NCBI GenBank assembly: GCA_963667015.2
Contig: CAXXJJ010000001.1
Span: 1,216,001 to 1,280,000, forward strand
Source of the DNA: Desulfatiglandales bacterium
Lineage (GTDB): Bacteria; Desulfobacterota; DSM-4660; Desulfatiglandales; HGW-15
Direction: 5' to 3'
Length of the DNA: 64,000 nucleotides
Below the pieces are notes generated by a model that was given only the letters and a program-made list of their open reading frames with translations, was not told the DNA's origin and did not search any database. Numbering within the stretch: position 1 is the first letter of the stretch; every line of letters begins with the position of its first letter. The position numbers were made by a program, and so were the translations under genes. Of this stretch, positions 38,341 through 49,540 are shown in pieces.

Positions 38341-39801
38341 CTATAATCTATCAGGCTCACATGCCCGTCCCTTTAAATTAAAGAAAAATTTAAGACCCTT
38401 TTGAATCTTTGCAGAAAATATTTTTGGGGAAAGAAACGTTCCTGCCACCCGTTTATTGATCTCGCCCAGTGTGGGATAGGGGTGTATTGATGAGGCAAGT
38501 GTTGACAGCTTTACTCCTCCATTCAGCACAGCCACCCATTCATTCAGGAGTTCTCCGCTGTTCATGCCAAGGATCTGAACCCCTATTGGTTTTTCCTTTT
38601 CATTCAGGATCATCTTGATTTTTCCGGATGCATTTCCTTCGGAAAGAGCCCTGTCATTATCCTTGAATTCCTCTACCCATACAGTGTAATTGATTCCCGC
38701 TTCCTTTGCCCTTTTCTCATTCATGCCTATGCTTGCCAGTTCAGGGTCGGTAAATGTGCACCATGGCAGGAGGGTATAATCTGTTTTTCTGGGGAGATGA
38801 AAAACAGCATTGCTTATTACTATTCCGCCTTCGTATCCGGCTGCGTGGGTAAATTGACTGGTCCCTGTCACATCGCCTGCCGCATATATATTTTTACAGG
38901 TAGTCCTGAGCCTGTTGTCCACCTTTATGCCTTTTTTATCATAATCAATGCCTGCATTTTCAAGGTTTAGTCCCTTAAGGTTAGGTGTTCTTGCCATGGC
39001 AATAAACAGTTTTTCGGCCTTTATCCTGTTCTCTCTGCCATCTCTATTTTTTATGGAGACTTCTATCATTTCTCCGGTATTCGCTACTTCAAGGACTGTT
39101 GAATTCAGGTAAAAATTAACTCCTTCAGAGGCCAGGATGTTCATGACTTCATCCGCCATATCCTTGTCTTCTTTGCTCAATATCTGGCCGCTTCGCTGGA
39201 TTACATGGACCCTGCTGCCGAGTCTCGCAAATGCCTGGGCCATCTCAATGGCTATAGGGCCAGCTCCAAGGATCGCCATGGATTCGGGTAAACGGGGAAG
39301 CGTAAATATATCCTTGCTGGTTATGTAAGGTGTGTCTTCGATCCCTTTAATGGGCGGTATTTCAGGGGAAGATCCGGTAGCGATTACCCAGTTTTTCGCG
39401 CTTATTTTTTGCCCGCCCAGTTCTACAGTATGGGAATCAATAAATGACGGCGAGCCAGAGAGAACCTTTGCACCGAGATCGCAGAATCTCTCAATTGAAT
39501 CATGTTTTTGTATCCGGTCTATTACTTCCTGTATTCTTTTATTTATTAAGGTTAAATCAACCGGAGGAATATCCACAGGGGGAAGGCCAAAATGCCTTGA
39601 GTTTTTCAGGAGGTGATAAACCTTTGCCGATTTGATAAGTGTCTTGCTTGGCACGCATCCATGGTGCAGACAGTCACCGCCGAGTTTATTCTCTTTTTCA
39701 ATGAGGAGTGTTTTGGCGCCAAGCCGGGCAGATCCGGCTGCAACTGTGAGGCCGGCTGCGCCTCCGCCAATGACCCCGAAATCATAATCGAATTCAGGCA
39801 T
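38341..39801 (-). CDS. Pyridine nucleotide-disulfide oxidoreductase (MerA/LpdA-like family)
   Basis: GGGAAG, GGDCLHHGCVPSK and HPYPT; no MerA C-terminal Cys-Cys pair. Confidence 0.9.
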   Translation of the reverse strand: MPEFDYDFGVIGGGAAGLTVAAGSARLGAKTLLIEKENKLGGDCLHHGCVPSKTLIKSAKVYHLLKNSRHFGLPPVDIPPVDLTLINKRIQEVIDRIQKHDSIERFCDLGAKVLSGSPSFIDSHTVELGGQKISAKNWVIATGSSPEIPPIKGIEDTPYITSKDIFTLPRLPESMAILGAGPIAIEMAQAFARLGSRVHVIQRSGQILSKEDKDMADEVMNILASEGVNFYLNSTVLEVANTGEMIEVSIKNRDGRENRIKAEKLFIAMARTPNLKGLNLENAGIDYDKKGIKVDNRLRTTCKNIYAAGDVTGTSQFTHAAGYEGGIVISNAVFHLPRKTDYTLLPWCTFTDPELASIGMNEKRAKEAGINYTVWVEEFKDNDRALSEGNASGKIKMILNEKEKPIGVQILGMNSGELLNEWVAVLNGGVKLSTLASSIHPYPTLGEINKRVAGTFLSPKIFSAKIQKGLKFFFNLKGRACEPDRL

Positions 39802-39834
39802 GGTTTTCTCTTTAAGTTTGAAGATGATCCATGT

Positions 39835-40110
39835 TTATACATCAAAAGAATCATTTATAAAAAATTCTACATCCAGGTCATCCAGCTTTTCCGAAATAAA
39901 TGCCCTGGCATCCTGGATTGCCTGGTTGTATACCGGGGGGCCGAGGATATTCATGAAAAAATCAAGAACCTGTTGTGCGCGATATTCGCTGATTTCTTCA
40001 TCAAATTCATTATAATAAAAGGATGTAAATGTCCTGAGTATCTCCTGCCTTTTTTCGTCAGATAAATTGATTTTCATTGGATCTGCATCAGTTCTGTCAG
40101 GCATGGGCAT
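39835..40110 (-). CDS. DUF2164 family protein
   Basis: A..VLDFF...LGPPVYNQAIQDA motif. Confidence 0.8.
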   Translation of the reverse strand: MPMPDRTDADPMKINLSDEKRQEILRTFTSFYYNEFDEEISEYRAQQVLDFFMNILGPPVYNQAIQDARAFISEKLDDLDVEFFINDSFDV

Positions 40111-40128
40111 TTAACTCCTTTTTATTTT

Positions 40129-40827
40129 TCAAGGCAAGCTGGAAAAAAATCGATCAAAACGAGGTTTATACTTGTTGTTTATATCAAGGGAAATAACAAT
40201 GGCTGTTGCCCTGCCAACAATCGCCCTCCTGTCCACAGGTCCAATAAAGCGGGAATCATAGCTGTTGAATCTGTTGTCACCCATCATAAAATACTTGCCT
40301 TCAGGAAGGGTTTTGGGACCATAGAAGCTCATTACCTCAGCATGAGGTGTTATCAGGATAGGATGACTTTTATCATCCAGGTCTTCAATAATTGTGTTTT
40401 GCTTATATTTATTATCCACACGGTAATGTTCAAGATCCTTTTTATCCGGATCTCTGTAGGTTAGCTGTTTTCCATTGATAAAAAGTTCGTCATTCTGCAT
40501 GGATATTGTATCTCCCGGAACTCCGATAACCCTTTTTACAAGGCGTTTTCCGTCTTCAGGGGAATAAAATACTACTATTTCACCCCGTTTCGGATTATCC
40601 CATTCAGCGATATGTATTGTTGTATATGGAACCTTGAGGTCATAGGCCAGTTTATTAACAAATATCCTGTCACCTTCAACGATTGTCGGTTTCATTGATC
40701 CTGTTGGAACTGTATTCCAGTCTGCAATGGCAGATTTTATGGATGTTGCAATAAGCACCGCTACCAGTAGTGAAAATACCCATCCATGAATAAATGCAAC
40801 GATACTTTTACGCCATTTTTGTTCCAT
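40129..40827 (-). CDS. lepB: Signal peptidase I
   Basis: VPTGSMKPT, LVKRVIGVPGD and MGDNRFNSYDSR. Confidence 0.95.
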   Translation of the reverse strand: MEQKWRKSIVAFIHGWVFSLLVAVLIATSIKSAIADWNTVPTGSMKPTIVEGDRIFVNKLAYDLKVPYTTIHIAEWDNPKRGEIVVFYSPEDGKRLVKRVIGVPGDTISMQNDELFINGKQLTYRDPDKKDLEHYRVDNKYKQNTIIEDLDDKSHPILITPHAEVMSFYGPKTLPEGKYFMMGDNRFNSYDSRFIGPVDRRAIVGRATAIVISLDINNKYKPRFDRFFSSLP

Positions 40828-41103
40828 TCTGTTAATCCTTTTTATTTTTAAATAAGTTTAATTGATAATAACATTTTACATCGTCAGGTCAAGTGGGTAC
40901 TGGTTATATAAGATCATCGTCTTTTAAGCGGTTAAGTATGAACGAAAAATATCTTTTCTCTCCTCTATTCATGTCATTGGAAAATAATAACTTTTAACTG
41001 TAAATCAAGCTTTGCATTGACTAAAGGATTTTATGATGCTTGAATGCCGGGGCCATACAGGAAATTATTCAGAATAATAAACAGATCAGCAGGGATTAAG
41101 ATT

Positions 41104-41565
41104 ATGTCTTTTACACTGGGGGTTATTTCAGATACTCACGGATTGCTCAGGCCTGAATCAGTCCGGACACTTGAAACATGCGATTCAATCATTCATGCAG
41201 GGGATATCGGCTCCAGGGAAGTGTTCAAAGCATTAAAGGATATGGCTCCCCTGCATGCAGTAAGGGGCAATGTTGACTGGGAACCATGGACCGGGAATTT
41301 ACCGGTTAATGATGTCGTAGAAATTGCCGGATACTTTTTTTATATAATACACATACTTGATAATATAGACCTGGACCCGGCAGCAGCCGGCATTAATGTG
41401 GTGATTTCAGGTCACAGTCATATGCCCGATCTTTACACAAAGGGAGATGTCCTGTACATGAATCCGGGGAGTGCGGGCCCCAGGAGATTCACAAAGCCTG
41501 TTTCAATGGGTAAGATACTTATAGACGATAATGGATTACATCCTGAGATAATCAATCTTACTTGA
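41104..41565 (+). CDS. YfcE-family metallophosphoesterase
   Basis: ISDTHG, HAGDIG, VRGNVD, GHSH and NPGS. Confidence 0.9.
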   Translation: MSFTLGVISDTHGLLRPESVRTLETCDSIIHAGDIGSREVFKALKDMAPLHAVRGNVDWEPWTGNLPVNDVVEIAGYFFYIIHILDNIDLDPAAAGINVVISGHSHMPDLYTKGDVLYMNPGSAGPRRFTKPVSMGKILIDDNGLHPEIINLT

Positions 41566-42358
41566 AAATGGCATTATCAGGCATTGCCCAGCCTTCGCTA
41601 TCCGGGCCGGAGGTCAGTACATAGGGACCTTTTTCCGTGACAGCAACAGTATGTTCAAAATGGGCGCTTGGTTTCCTATCTGCTGTTACTATTGTCCAGT
41701 GATCATTTTGTGTTTCTATCTCTTTTTTACCCATGTTCAGCATCGGTTCAATGGCAAGGGTTGCGCCTTTTTTTACCTTAAATGTGTTTATGTTATTTAC
41801 ATAGTAATTAGGAATCTGGGGATCTTCCCACATGGATTTACCTATACCATGGCCTACAAGCTCTCTGACGATCGAGTATCCCCTGGCCTCAATTCTTTTC
41901 TGCATGTTAACTGCTATGGTATTCCAGCTTATCTCGGGCCTGAGCATTGAAATTGCCAGACGAAGTGCATCTTCAGTTGCGTCTAATAATGCCTTTTTTT
42001 CTTCGGATATTTCTCCCACGGGAAGTGTTACGGCTGAATCTGCACACCATCCCTTATATTTTACTCCTATATCGATACTGACGATATCTCCCGATTGAAG
42101 TTTCCTGTTCGACGGTATGCCGTGAACTACCTCTTCGTTAACCGAGATGCACGCGCAGGCAGGATAGGGAACCTCACCCGGGACTCCCTTAAAAAGCGGA
42201 ACTGCACCCAGTGATCTGATGCGGTTTTCTACCTCCTGGTCTATTTCGCCGGTTGTAATCCCTGCCTTTACTAATTTTTTAGCTGTCTGATGAACTTCCC
42301 ACAGGACAAGCCCGGCATCTCTCATCCTTTGGATTTCATTTTCTGTCTTTATTATCAT
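41558..42358 (-). CDS. map: Methionine aminopeptidase type I
   Basis: CISVNEEVVHGIP, GHGIG, AIEPM and SAHFEHT. Confidence 0.95.
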   Translation of the reverse strand: MIIKTENEIQRMRDAGLVLWEVHQTAKKLVKAGITTGEIDQEVENRIRSLGAVPLFKGVPGEVPYPACACISVNEEVVHGIPSNRKLQSGDIVSIDIGVKYKGWCADSAVTLPVGEISEEKKALLDATEDALRLAISMLRPEISWNTIAVNMQKRIEARGYSIVRELVGHGIGKSMWEDPQIPNYYVNNINTFKVKKGATLAIEPMLNMGKKEIETQNDHWTIVTADRKPSAHFEHTVAVTEKGPYVLTSGPDSEGWAMPDNAIFK

Positions 42359-42722
42359 AGTTTTTTCCAGGTCCTGAGCAGCTAGATTGTCAAATAGTCC
42401 GTCTTTTTTTGATAAAGTGTCGGAATTTAAATACAGGAACATCGGGTTTATGGCAAATAAATAGTCCGTGCGGGTTCATTTTTAAAATTTTCTGCTTTCT
42501 TTCATGTTTATTTGAGTTCTTAATAATGATAAAAATAATGCATAATTTAGTTAAAAACAGCATTGATAGGTGTGCTTTCTTGCATTTATTCTTTTCCATG
42601 CAGGGGCAACTTATTTGATCAGGCACCCAAAATAGATAGTCCATAAAGGGCATCATTTTTGCATAATTAAAATTGTCCAGTCAGACATATTTAAAAATCA
42701 TAAGCTAATGAGGTTTATTCAT

Positions 42723-43892
42723 ATGAGTAAAAGAATAGCAATTTCCGGAAGCCTTGCACTTGTTTCCCTTCCTGATATTTTTCAAATACTGGGAACTAAT
42801 AATGCCACCGGCATCCTGAAACTGGTATCGAGCTATACCCCTCACCCTGGAATCATCTACTTCTCCAGGGGAAATCCTATAAATGCTGAATGTGGCTCAT
42901 TAAAAGGTCCAAAGGCATTATACAGCATGTTTGGATGGGAGGCAGGCGAGTATTTTTTTTATGAGGAAGATGTTCAGTCGGTTGAGGTTACAATAACCAA
43001 AGGGAGAATGAATATAGTCCTTGATGCGCTCAGCCTGCTTGATAAAGATAAGATAAAAAAGATGGGACCCAGCAGCAGTCTTGGGCTACATCCCATGGAT
43101 AAAGTTGACAGTTCCGGGATGCCGGTTTTAAAGGGCCCCCTTACGGATTATCTTTATGTTGTAAGAGAAGATTTCTTTAAAAATGGTGACCCTATTGTCA
43201 GGGAAGGAAAACATGGTAAATGGATATGGACAGTCTATGAAGGAGTTGTGAGGATAACAAAAGAGACTCCCAAAGGGCCGCTGGTACTGGCAAGAATAGG
43301 GGAGGGCTGTTTTATCGGAACCATAAAAGCCCTTCTTTTCGGGGAGTATGAGAGAAGTGCATCGGTTATTGCAGAGGGTGACCTGAGGTTATGTCTGCTT
43401 GATGCAGACCCCTTCTATGAAGAGTATTCCAGGCTGTCTCCTGATTTCAGGCGGCTTCTTCTCAGCCTTGATCAGAGGCTTCGCAGCCTGAACACGAGAG
43501 CTATAGAGATTTACTCCGGAAATAAGATTGCAGATGAAAAGCTCAGAAAAGAAAGTACCAGTAGTAAAATATTTGATGCAGGAAACGACCTGTACCGAAT
43601 AACAGAGGGAAGTGTAATTGTTGTTGTCAAAGATTCGGGAGGGCGTAATATCATGTTCCCCCTGGAAAAAAATGATGTTATCGGCAACATCCCTTTTGTT
43701 GATTTCGGTCATGAACCCAATGCTGCAATAATAGTAGGTTCAAGGGATCTTAAAACAGAAAAGATAGATGTTATTGAAATCCAGAAGGAATACGATAAAC
43801 TTTCAAAGACATTTAAAAATCTTGTCTATAATATCTGTAATTACATAAGGAACACCACCGGTCTGGTAAGCCGGCTCATTGCAAAAAATTAG
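42723..43892 (+). CDS. DUF4388 (PATAN-like) plus cyclic-nucleotide-binding domain protein
   Basis: SGSL..VSLPDIFQ.L N-terminus; IVREG...GEGCFIG...RSASV cNMP fold. Confidence 0.75.
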   Translation: MSKRIAISGSLALVSLPDIFQILGTNNATGILKLVSSYTPHPGIIYFSRGNPINAECGSLKGPKALYSMFGWEAGEYFFYEEDVQSVEVTITKGRMNIVLDALSLLDKDKIKKMGPSSSLGLHPMDKVDSSGMPVLKGPLTDYLYVVREDFFKNGDPIVREGKHGKWIWTVYEGVVRITKETPKGPLVLARIGEGCFIGTIKALLFGEYERSASVIAEGDLRLCLLDADPFYEEYSRLSPDFRRLLLSLDQRLRSLNTRAIEIYSGNKIADEKLRKESTSSKIFDAGNDLYRITEGSVIVVVKDSGGRNIMFPLEKNDVIGNIPFVDFGHEPNAAIIVGSRDLKTEKIDVIEIQKEYDKLSKTFKNLVYNICNYIRNTTGLVSRLIAKN

Positions 43893-44226
43893 GGTTTTTA
43901 TCAGACCTTCTGATATTTGTTATATTTCCAGTGCCCTGTTCCCCTGTTGAAGCAAGGTAGAAATCCCTGCCTGCCCGGGTGATGGGGTCGCCTCAAACCC
44001 TTTCTCCCCAATACCCATCTCCTTCGTACTTAAAGAGATAACCGGCAATCAGCATAAAATAATAAATGAGATTGACATGATAAGCAAAAACAGTTTATCA
44101 ATATAGTTCTTGCTGTTGAAATGGGTTCTTTTTCCGGATATTTTGATAATATCCGGTAAGGATTCTTTGAAAATATAATTTTTTTGGCTATCTTAGCTGT
44201 TAATATCCCGAAAGGTGTTTTTATAG

Positions 44227-46134
44227 ATGAAGCAGGTAATCCTGGGAACGGCCGGACACATTGATCACGGTAAGACATCTCTGATAAGGGCCCTGACAAA
44301 TATTGATACTGATCGCCTCAAGGAGGAAAAGGCAAGAGGGATCACCATCGAGCTGGGATTTGCCCACCTTAAACTGCCCAATGGCCAGCAGCTTGGTATT
44401 GTTGATGTCCCGGGGCATGAAAAGTTTGTAAAAAACATGGTGGCCGGTGCAACAGGTATTGACCTGGTTGCCCTTGTTATTGCTGCTGATGAAGGGGTTA
44501 TGCCCCAGACAAAGGAGCATATGGAGATCTGCCAGCTCCTTGGCGTAAAGCATGGCCTTGTCGTTCTTACAAAGCGTGACATGGTTGATGACGAGTGGAT
44601 AGAGCTTGTAAAAGAGGATGTTTCAGAATATCTGAAGGGAACCTTTCTTGAAGACACCCCAATGATAGAGGTGTCCTCTGTTACAGGGCAGGGGATAGAT
44701 GAACTGGTAGAAACACTTGACAGGGTTGTCGGGGAGATCCCTGAAAGAAACAGCGGTAATTTTTTCAGGCTTCCCGTTGACCGGGTTTTTACGATGAAGG
44801 GCTTCGGGACCGTTGTGACAGGCACCACTATCTCAGGGAATATCAACGTCGGAGATGAGGTCTCTGTCTATCCCCAGGAAATTCACAGCAAGATCCGCGG
44901 TATCCAGGTGCATAATGAGGATGCTGAAAGCGTAAGTGCCGGCCTGCGTACGGCAATAAATATACAGGGTATGGAAAAGGCCCAGATTCAAAGGGGCAAT
45001 ATCCTTGCTGCCAGGGATACGCTCAAACCTACATATATGGTAGATGTAGAACTTGACCTTCTAGCGTCCTCACCAAGGAAGCTCAAAAACAGGGCAAAGG
45101 CCCGTTTCCATGCCGGGACTGCTGAGATAATATCCACGGTTGTGCTTCTTGACAGGGATGTTCTCAAACAGGGAGAGAAATGTCTTGCCCAGATAAGGCT
45201 TGATGAGCCCACAACCCTGCTACAGGGCGACAGATATATCATAAGAAGCTATTCACCGGTCCGGACAATCGGAGGCGGGCATGTTATCAACCCGCTTCCC
45301 CTTAAAAAGAAGAGATTCTCGGACCGGGTTCTGGCAGACCTTAAACTGCTCAGCAGCGGCGATCATTTTGTGCAGATAGAAGAATTTGCGCGAATGGGCC
45401 GTTACACAGGTAAAGATGCCGCAGAACTACAGTTCCTTGCCAACTCTGCAAGAAAAAAGGTGGATGAGGCATTGAAGGTCTTATCCGCTAAAAAGAAGAT
45501 CACACTTTACAATAAGGAGAGCGGTCTTTATATCCATGAAGAGTTCCTTCATAATGCAACGCAGGAGATAATGACTACCCTGTCGGAGTATCATAAAAAT
45601 AATCCTCTCAAGGCAGGTATTCTAAAGGAAGAACTGAGGTCAAGGACGACCGGGGCAACAAACCAGAGGCTGTTCAACTATATCATTACACAGTTGATCA
45701 AGCAGGAGGCCGTTGTCCAGGATAATGAGATCCTTCACCTGAAGGAACACAGGGTAACACTTGCGAGCGACCAGAAAGAGATCAGAGAACGTATCGAGAA
45801 GATATACCTCAAGGGAAAGCTGCAGCCTCCATACTTTAAGGAGATTCAAAAGGAGATTCCCGGCAGAGAGGGCACAGATATACTCGGGGTATTATTAAAG
45901 GAAGGCATTCTGATAAAGGTAAAGGAAGACCTTTATTTTCACAGGAAGTCAATAGAAGAACTAAAGGAAAAACTGATCAGTTTTCTGCAGAAAAACGGTG
46001 AAGTAAACACTGCACAATTCAAAGATATGACCGGTGCATCAAGGAAATACAGCATTCCCTTGATTGAGCATTTTGATCATGAACAGATAACTGTCCGGGT
46101 GGGCGACAACAGGGTATTGAGAAAGAAGATATGA
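44227..46134 (+). CDS. selB: Selenocysteine-specific elongation factor
   Basis: [28 protein letters not shown] and C-terminal winged helices with SRKYSIPL. Confidence 0.97.
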   Translation: MKQVILGTAGHIDHGKTSLIRALTNIDTDRLKEEKARGITIELGFAHLKLPNGQQLGIVDVPGHEKFVKNMVAGATGIDLVALVIAADEGVMPQTKEHMEICQLLGVKHGLVVLTKRDMVDDEWIELVKEDVSEYLKGTFLEDTPMIEVSSVTGQGIDELVETLDRVVGEIPERNSGNFFRLPVDRVFTMKGFGTVVTGTTISGNINVGDEVSVYPQEIHSKIRGIQVHNEDAESVSAGLRTAINIQGMEKAQIQRGNILAARDTLKPTYMVDVELDLLASSPRKLKNRAKARFHAGTAEIISTVVLLDRDVLKQGEKCLAQIRLDEPTTLLQGDRYIIRSYSPVRTIGGGHVINPLPLKKKRFSDRVLADLKLLSSGDHFVQIEEFARMGRYTGKDAAELQFLANSARKKVDEALKVLSAKKKITLYNKESGLYIHEEFLHNATQEIMTTLSEYHKNNPLKAGILKEELRSRTTGATNQRLFNYIITQLIKQEAVVQDNEILHLKEHRVTLASDQKEIRERIEKIYLKGKLQPPYFKEIQKEIPGREGTDILGVLLKEGILIKVKEDLYFHRKSIEELKEKLISFLQKNGEVNTAQFKDMTGASRKYSIPLIEHFDHEQITVRVGDNRVLRKKI

Positions 46135-47201
46135 GAAATATATACCAGAAGATTTCAGAGCTTTTTAAAGAAAATAAACTATGTGTCCTTGCAACCATAA
46201 TAACTCAGTCGGGTTCATCCCCAAGGGGACCCGGGTCAAAAATGATTATTCTGGAAGACGGTTCCATAGTTGGTACTGTGGGTGGAGGATTACTTGAAAA
46301 CAGGGTTATCGAAGAGGGTAAAAAGGTCTTTTCAACCCTTAAACCATCACTTATCACACATAAGATGCGCGGCGCAGATATTGATGCCAACGAAATGATA
46401 TGCGGTGGTGATGCAGATATCTTTATCGAACCTGTTATCCCCGATAACAACGCCAACATTGAGCTGTTTAAAGAAATTTTTGATATTGTCAAGCGCGGAG
46501 GAGCGGGTCTCCTGGCAACAGTTATTGATCCCAAAAGATGGGAGCCCGGGCAGATTCCCAAGATGTTCATCAAGAGCGCTTTTGAAAGAACAGGTTCACT
46601 CCTTGGCCTTGATGAAGTTGAATCGGATCTTCAGGCTGATATGAAGGCACGGATAGACAGGTTTCATCCCGAGGTTGTTACATATAAAGACCGAGAGGGA
46701 AATGATCTGAAGGTCTTTGTAGATCCTGTAATATCCGATCCCGTTGTATATATCTTTGGAGGGGGTCATGTCTCAAAGCAGATAGGTCCCATTGCCCATC
46801 TTGTAGGGTTTTCAGTCGTAATTATTGATGACCGCGCCGAGTTTTCAGATCCTGAAAACTTTCCCTATGCAAAGGATGTTATAACCAGTTCTTTTGACAA
46901 TATCATGGCAAAGCTGCCTGTAAATGAATCATCTTATCTCATAATTGTAACCCGCGGGCATGCACATGATAAGACGGTTTTAGCGCAGTCCCTCAAAACA
47001 CCGGCAAAATATATAGGTATGATAGGAAGCTCAAGAAAAAGGAAGATAATTTATAAAAATCTGCTCAATGAAGGATTTACCCAGGAGCAGCTTGATGCGG
47101 TTTATTCTCCCATAGGACTGGAAATAAATGCGGAGACCCCGGAAGAAATAGCAGTAGCCATTGTCGGTGAATTGATTAAAGTCAGGGCCGGAGGAGAATA
47201 G
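46131..47201 (+). CDS. XdhC/CoxI-family molybdenum hydroxylase accessory protein
   Basis: GSSPR, GTVGGG, MICGG, VTRGH..D, YIGMIGS and AETPEEIA. Confidence 0.9.
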   Translation: MRNIYQKISELFKENKLCVLATIITQSGSSPRGPGSKMIILEDGSIVGTVGGGLLENRVIEEGKKVFSTLKPSLITHKMRGADIDANEMICGGDADIFIEPVIPDNNANIELFKEIFDIVKRGGAGLLATVIDPKRWEPGQIPKMFIKSAFERTGSLLGLDEVESDLQADMKARIDRFHPEVVTYKDREGNDLKVFVDPVISDPVVYIFGGGHVSKQIGPIAHLVGFSVVIIDDRAEFSDPENFPYAKDVITSSFDNIMAKLPVNESSYLIIVTRGHAHDKTVLAQSLKTPAKYIGMIGSSRKRKIIYKNLLNEGFTQEQLDAVYSPIGLEINAETPEEIAVAIVGELIKVRAGGE

Positions 47202-47209
47202 GGGCCTTA

Positions 47210-47461
47210 ATGAAAAAGCACAGTTATAATTTTGTGGAATCCTATGAAGGCCTTGTCGGTTATGGCTATGACCGTGAAAGCAATGAAAATACCCTTGCCT
47301 ATTATCTGCAGAAATTTTCAGATGATGAGCACGTCAAACTAATTATAAGCAGGATGTCTGATGAGGATATTGAAGGCCTCTATGATAATCTCTGCGGCCT
47401 GCTGAAGAAATACCTTGAGGAAGAGGAGTATCATAAACTCTTTCTTAAAGACGGGAAATAA
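47210..47461 (+). CDS. Small conserved hypothetical protein
   Basis: 83-aa ORF in operon position; YLQKFSDD and EYH.LFLKD. Confidence 0.7.
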   Translation: MKKHSYNFVESYEGLVGYGYDRESNENTLAYYLQKFSDDEHVKLIISRMSDEDIEGLYDNLCGLLKKYLEEEEYHKLFLKDGK

Positions 47462-47476
47462 TCCCATTCCACAATT

Positions 47477-47504
47477 GTAAGGGCACGGCGCGCCGTGCCC
47501 CTAC
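47477..47504 (+). repeat. GTAG-class REP-like palindrome
   Basis: GTAAGGGCACGGCGCGCCGTGCCCCTAC. Confidence 0.75.
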
Positions 47505-47562
47505 CGTTCTGGTGGGCATCGGACAATCCCGGGAATACCTGCAATCTGAAATAATGAATAAC

Positions 47563-47621
47563 GTCATTCCCCGACCTGCTTGTCAAGGCGTAGTTTTAGC
47601 GAAGACTGAATCGGAGAATCC
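47563..47621. repeat. Composite REP-like element GTCATTCCCCGA...ATCGGAGAATCC with a nested insert
   Basis: Outer arms pair; the inner segment resembles 63770-63801; a related GTCATTCCG element lies at 51107-51134. Confidence 0.45.
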
Positions 47622-47642
47622 GGAAGTTTTTAAATAGAGACG

Positions 47643-48164
47643 CTATTTCCCAAACACCTCCGAATAAACCTCATTATATACATTAAAAACCTTCTCCCCA
47701 AAGCATACGAACAAAATCCTTTCAAGTTCAGTTCCTGAATCCAGCAGGATTTTTGTTTCTCTAAGAGCAATGTTTGTTGCCCTTTCCAGTGGAAAAGCAT
47801 ATACCCCGGTGCTTATTGACGGAAAGGCAATACTTTTAACTCCCAGTTCCTTTGCCAGTGAGAAACAACTCCTGTAGCAGTTTGAAAGCAGCATGTCTTC
47901 ATCATTATTTCCCCCTCGCCATATGGGTCCTACCGTATGTATTACCCATTTTGCAGGAAGGTTATACCCTCCGCTGGAGCGTGCCTCACCTGTAGGGCAT
48001 CCTCCTATGTTTCTTGTTTCGAAGAGCAGTTCAGGCCCGGCTGCCCTGTGTATGGCGCCGTCCACTCCGCCACCGCCAAGGAGCGAGTTGTTTGCGGCAT
48101 TTACAATTGCATCGACATTCTGTCTGGTAATGTCCCCTTCAACTATTTCAATAATGTCGCCCAT
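47643..48164 (-). CDS. Macro-domain O-acetyl-ADP-ribose deacetylase (YmdB-like)
   Basis: GDIT, AIVNAANNSLLGGGGVDGAIH, IHTVGP and FPSISTGVY. Confidence 0.93.
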   Translation of the reverse strand: MGDIIEIVEGDITRQNVDAIVNAANNSLLGGGGVDGAIHRAAGPELLFETRNIGGCPTGEARSSGGYNLPAKWVIHTVGPIWRGGNNDEDMLLSNCYRSCFSLAKELGVKSIAFPSISTGVYAFPLERATNIALRETKILLDSGTELERILFVCFGEKVFNVYNEVYSEVFGK

Positions 48165-48346
48165 CTTATTACCTCCCAAACGTGGCTTCTTTATGAAACA
48201 GACGGCATTTTATCATAATTTAGTTTTTCCATCACAGTTTTTTCACCCCATACCGCAAACCTTAAACCCCATACCGTTCATTTATTGACTCCCCACCTCC
48301 TTTCCATTATAAACCCATAAGAATCTTCCATTTCCATGGAGTCGAA

Positions 48347-49540
48347 ATGAAAATCAATATCGGGTTTGTTATTTTTATCGGTATCTTCCTCACGCTTTAC
48401 TGGTCTCTGCATTTTTATTTTTACAGAAAGGTAACCAGTGCGTTTAGGCTTACACCGATACCCAATATTATCCTTATAATCGTTCTCTTCCTTTTACTGC
48501 TTTCTCCCATTATTATGCGCATGATCGAGGGAAAGAGTCCGGAGGGTTTATCCACAGCGGTTACATATATCGGATACTTCTGGATGGGTGCAATCTTCCT
48601 GCTGTTTGCACTTAACCTTACAGTGGATATCTACAGGGCAGTCATTTACATATTCTCACATGTTTTTAATTCTTCTCTAACAAAACTTGTACCTGAGAAA
48701 AGAATAACCCTTCTGGTGGTTATTTCTCTCACTGCCTTTATAAACCTGTACGGATTATTCGAGGCCTGGAACATAAAAACAAGGGAAATTACCATTAAGA
48801 CAGATAAACTTCCTGAAGGGGTTGAGAATCTCAGGATTGTTCAGATATCAGACATACATTTCAGCAATATAAACGGAGTAGGACTTGCGAACAGGATCAC
48901 CGACGTTGTAATGGGACTTCACCCTGATCTGCTGGTATCAACAGGCGACCTTATTGATGACGGCCTGAGGGACCCGGACAAGGTGGAGGTTTTATTCAGC
49001 AGCATAAAAACAAAATACGGGAAATATGCAGTAACCGGAAATCATGAGTTTTTTGGTGATCTCCTGAAAAACCTGAGGTTCACGGAGAACTGCGGTTTTA
49101 AAATGCTTAGAAATAAAAGCGAGAAGGTAAACGATTATATCACTATTGCTGGAGTTGATGACCCGGCCTCAAATAGAAACGGCCTGGCAAAATCGATAGA
49201 TGAACACATGGTAATGACCGGCTTTTCTCCTGACATGGTAAACATCTTCCTTAAGCATCAGCCCCGCATTAAACAGGAAAACATAGGGAAGTTTGATGTT
49301 CAGCTTTCCGGGCATACTCATGATGGTCAGATATTTCCGTTTAAATACATGGTCGGGCTCATGTTCAAGTATATGCGGGGTCTCTATTACCTGGGGGATA
49401 ATTCATACCTGTATGTGAGCAGGGGAACCGGAACCTGGGGGCCGCCTGTGCGGTTTCTTGCACCCCCTGAAGTATCGGTTATCGATTTTGAAGAAGAAAA
49501 GAGTAATAAAAACAAGGTGAGGATGAAGATAAATGGGTGA
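48347..49540 (+). CDS. Membrane-anchored metallophosphoesterase (YkuE-like)
   Basis: N-terminal TMs; SDIH, TGDLID, GNHE, SGHTH and SRGTG.WGPP.R. Confidence 0.9.
   Translation: MKINIGFVIFIGIFLTLYWSLHFYFYRKVTSAFRLTPIPNIILIIVLFLLLLSPIIMRMIEGKSPEGLSTAVTYIGYFWMGAIFLLFALNLTVDIYRAVIYIFSHVFNSSLTKLVPEKRITLLVVISLTAFINLYGLFEAWNIKTREITIKTDKLPEGVENLRIVQISDIHFSNINGVGLANRITDVVMGLHPDLLVSTGDLIDDGLRDPDKVEVLFSSIKTKYGKYAVTGNHEFFGDLLKNLRFTENCGFKMLRNKSEKVNDYITIAGVDDPASNRNGLAKSIDEHMVMTGFSPDMVNIFLKHQPRIKQENIGKFDVQLSGHTHDGQIFPFKYMVGLMFKYMRGLYYLGDNSYLYVSRGTGTWGPPVRFLAPPEVSVIDFEEEKSNKNKVRMKING

Noticed and set aside
38341..39801. Mercuric reductase merA / mer operon
   Set aside because: Lacks the C-terminal Cys-Cys pair and an N-terminal metal-binding domain; no merR, merT or merP nearby.
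43930..44027. selC tRNA-Sec, SRP RNA or a complete fluoride riboswitch
   Set aside because: No TCA anticodon arm, no SRP GGAA/AGCAG core, and the riboswitch 3' half is missing.
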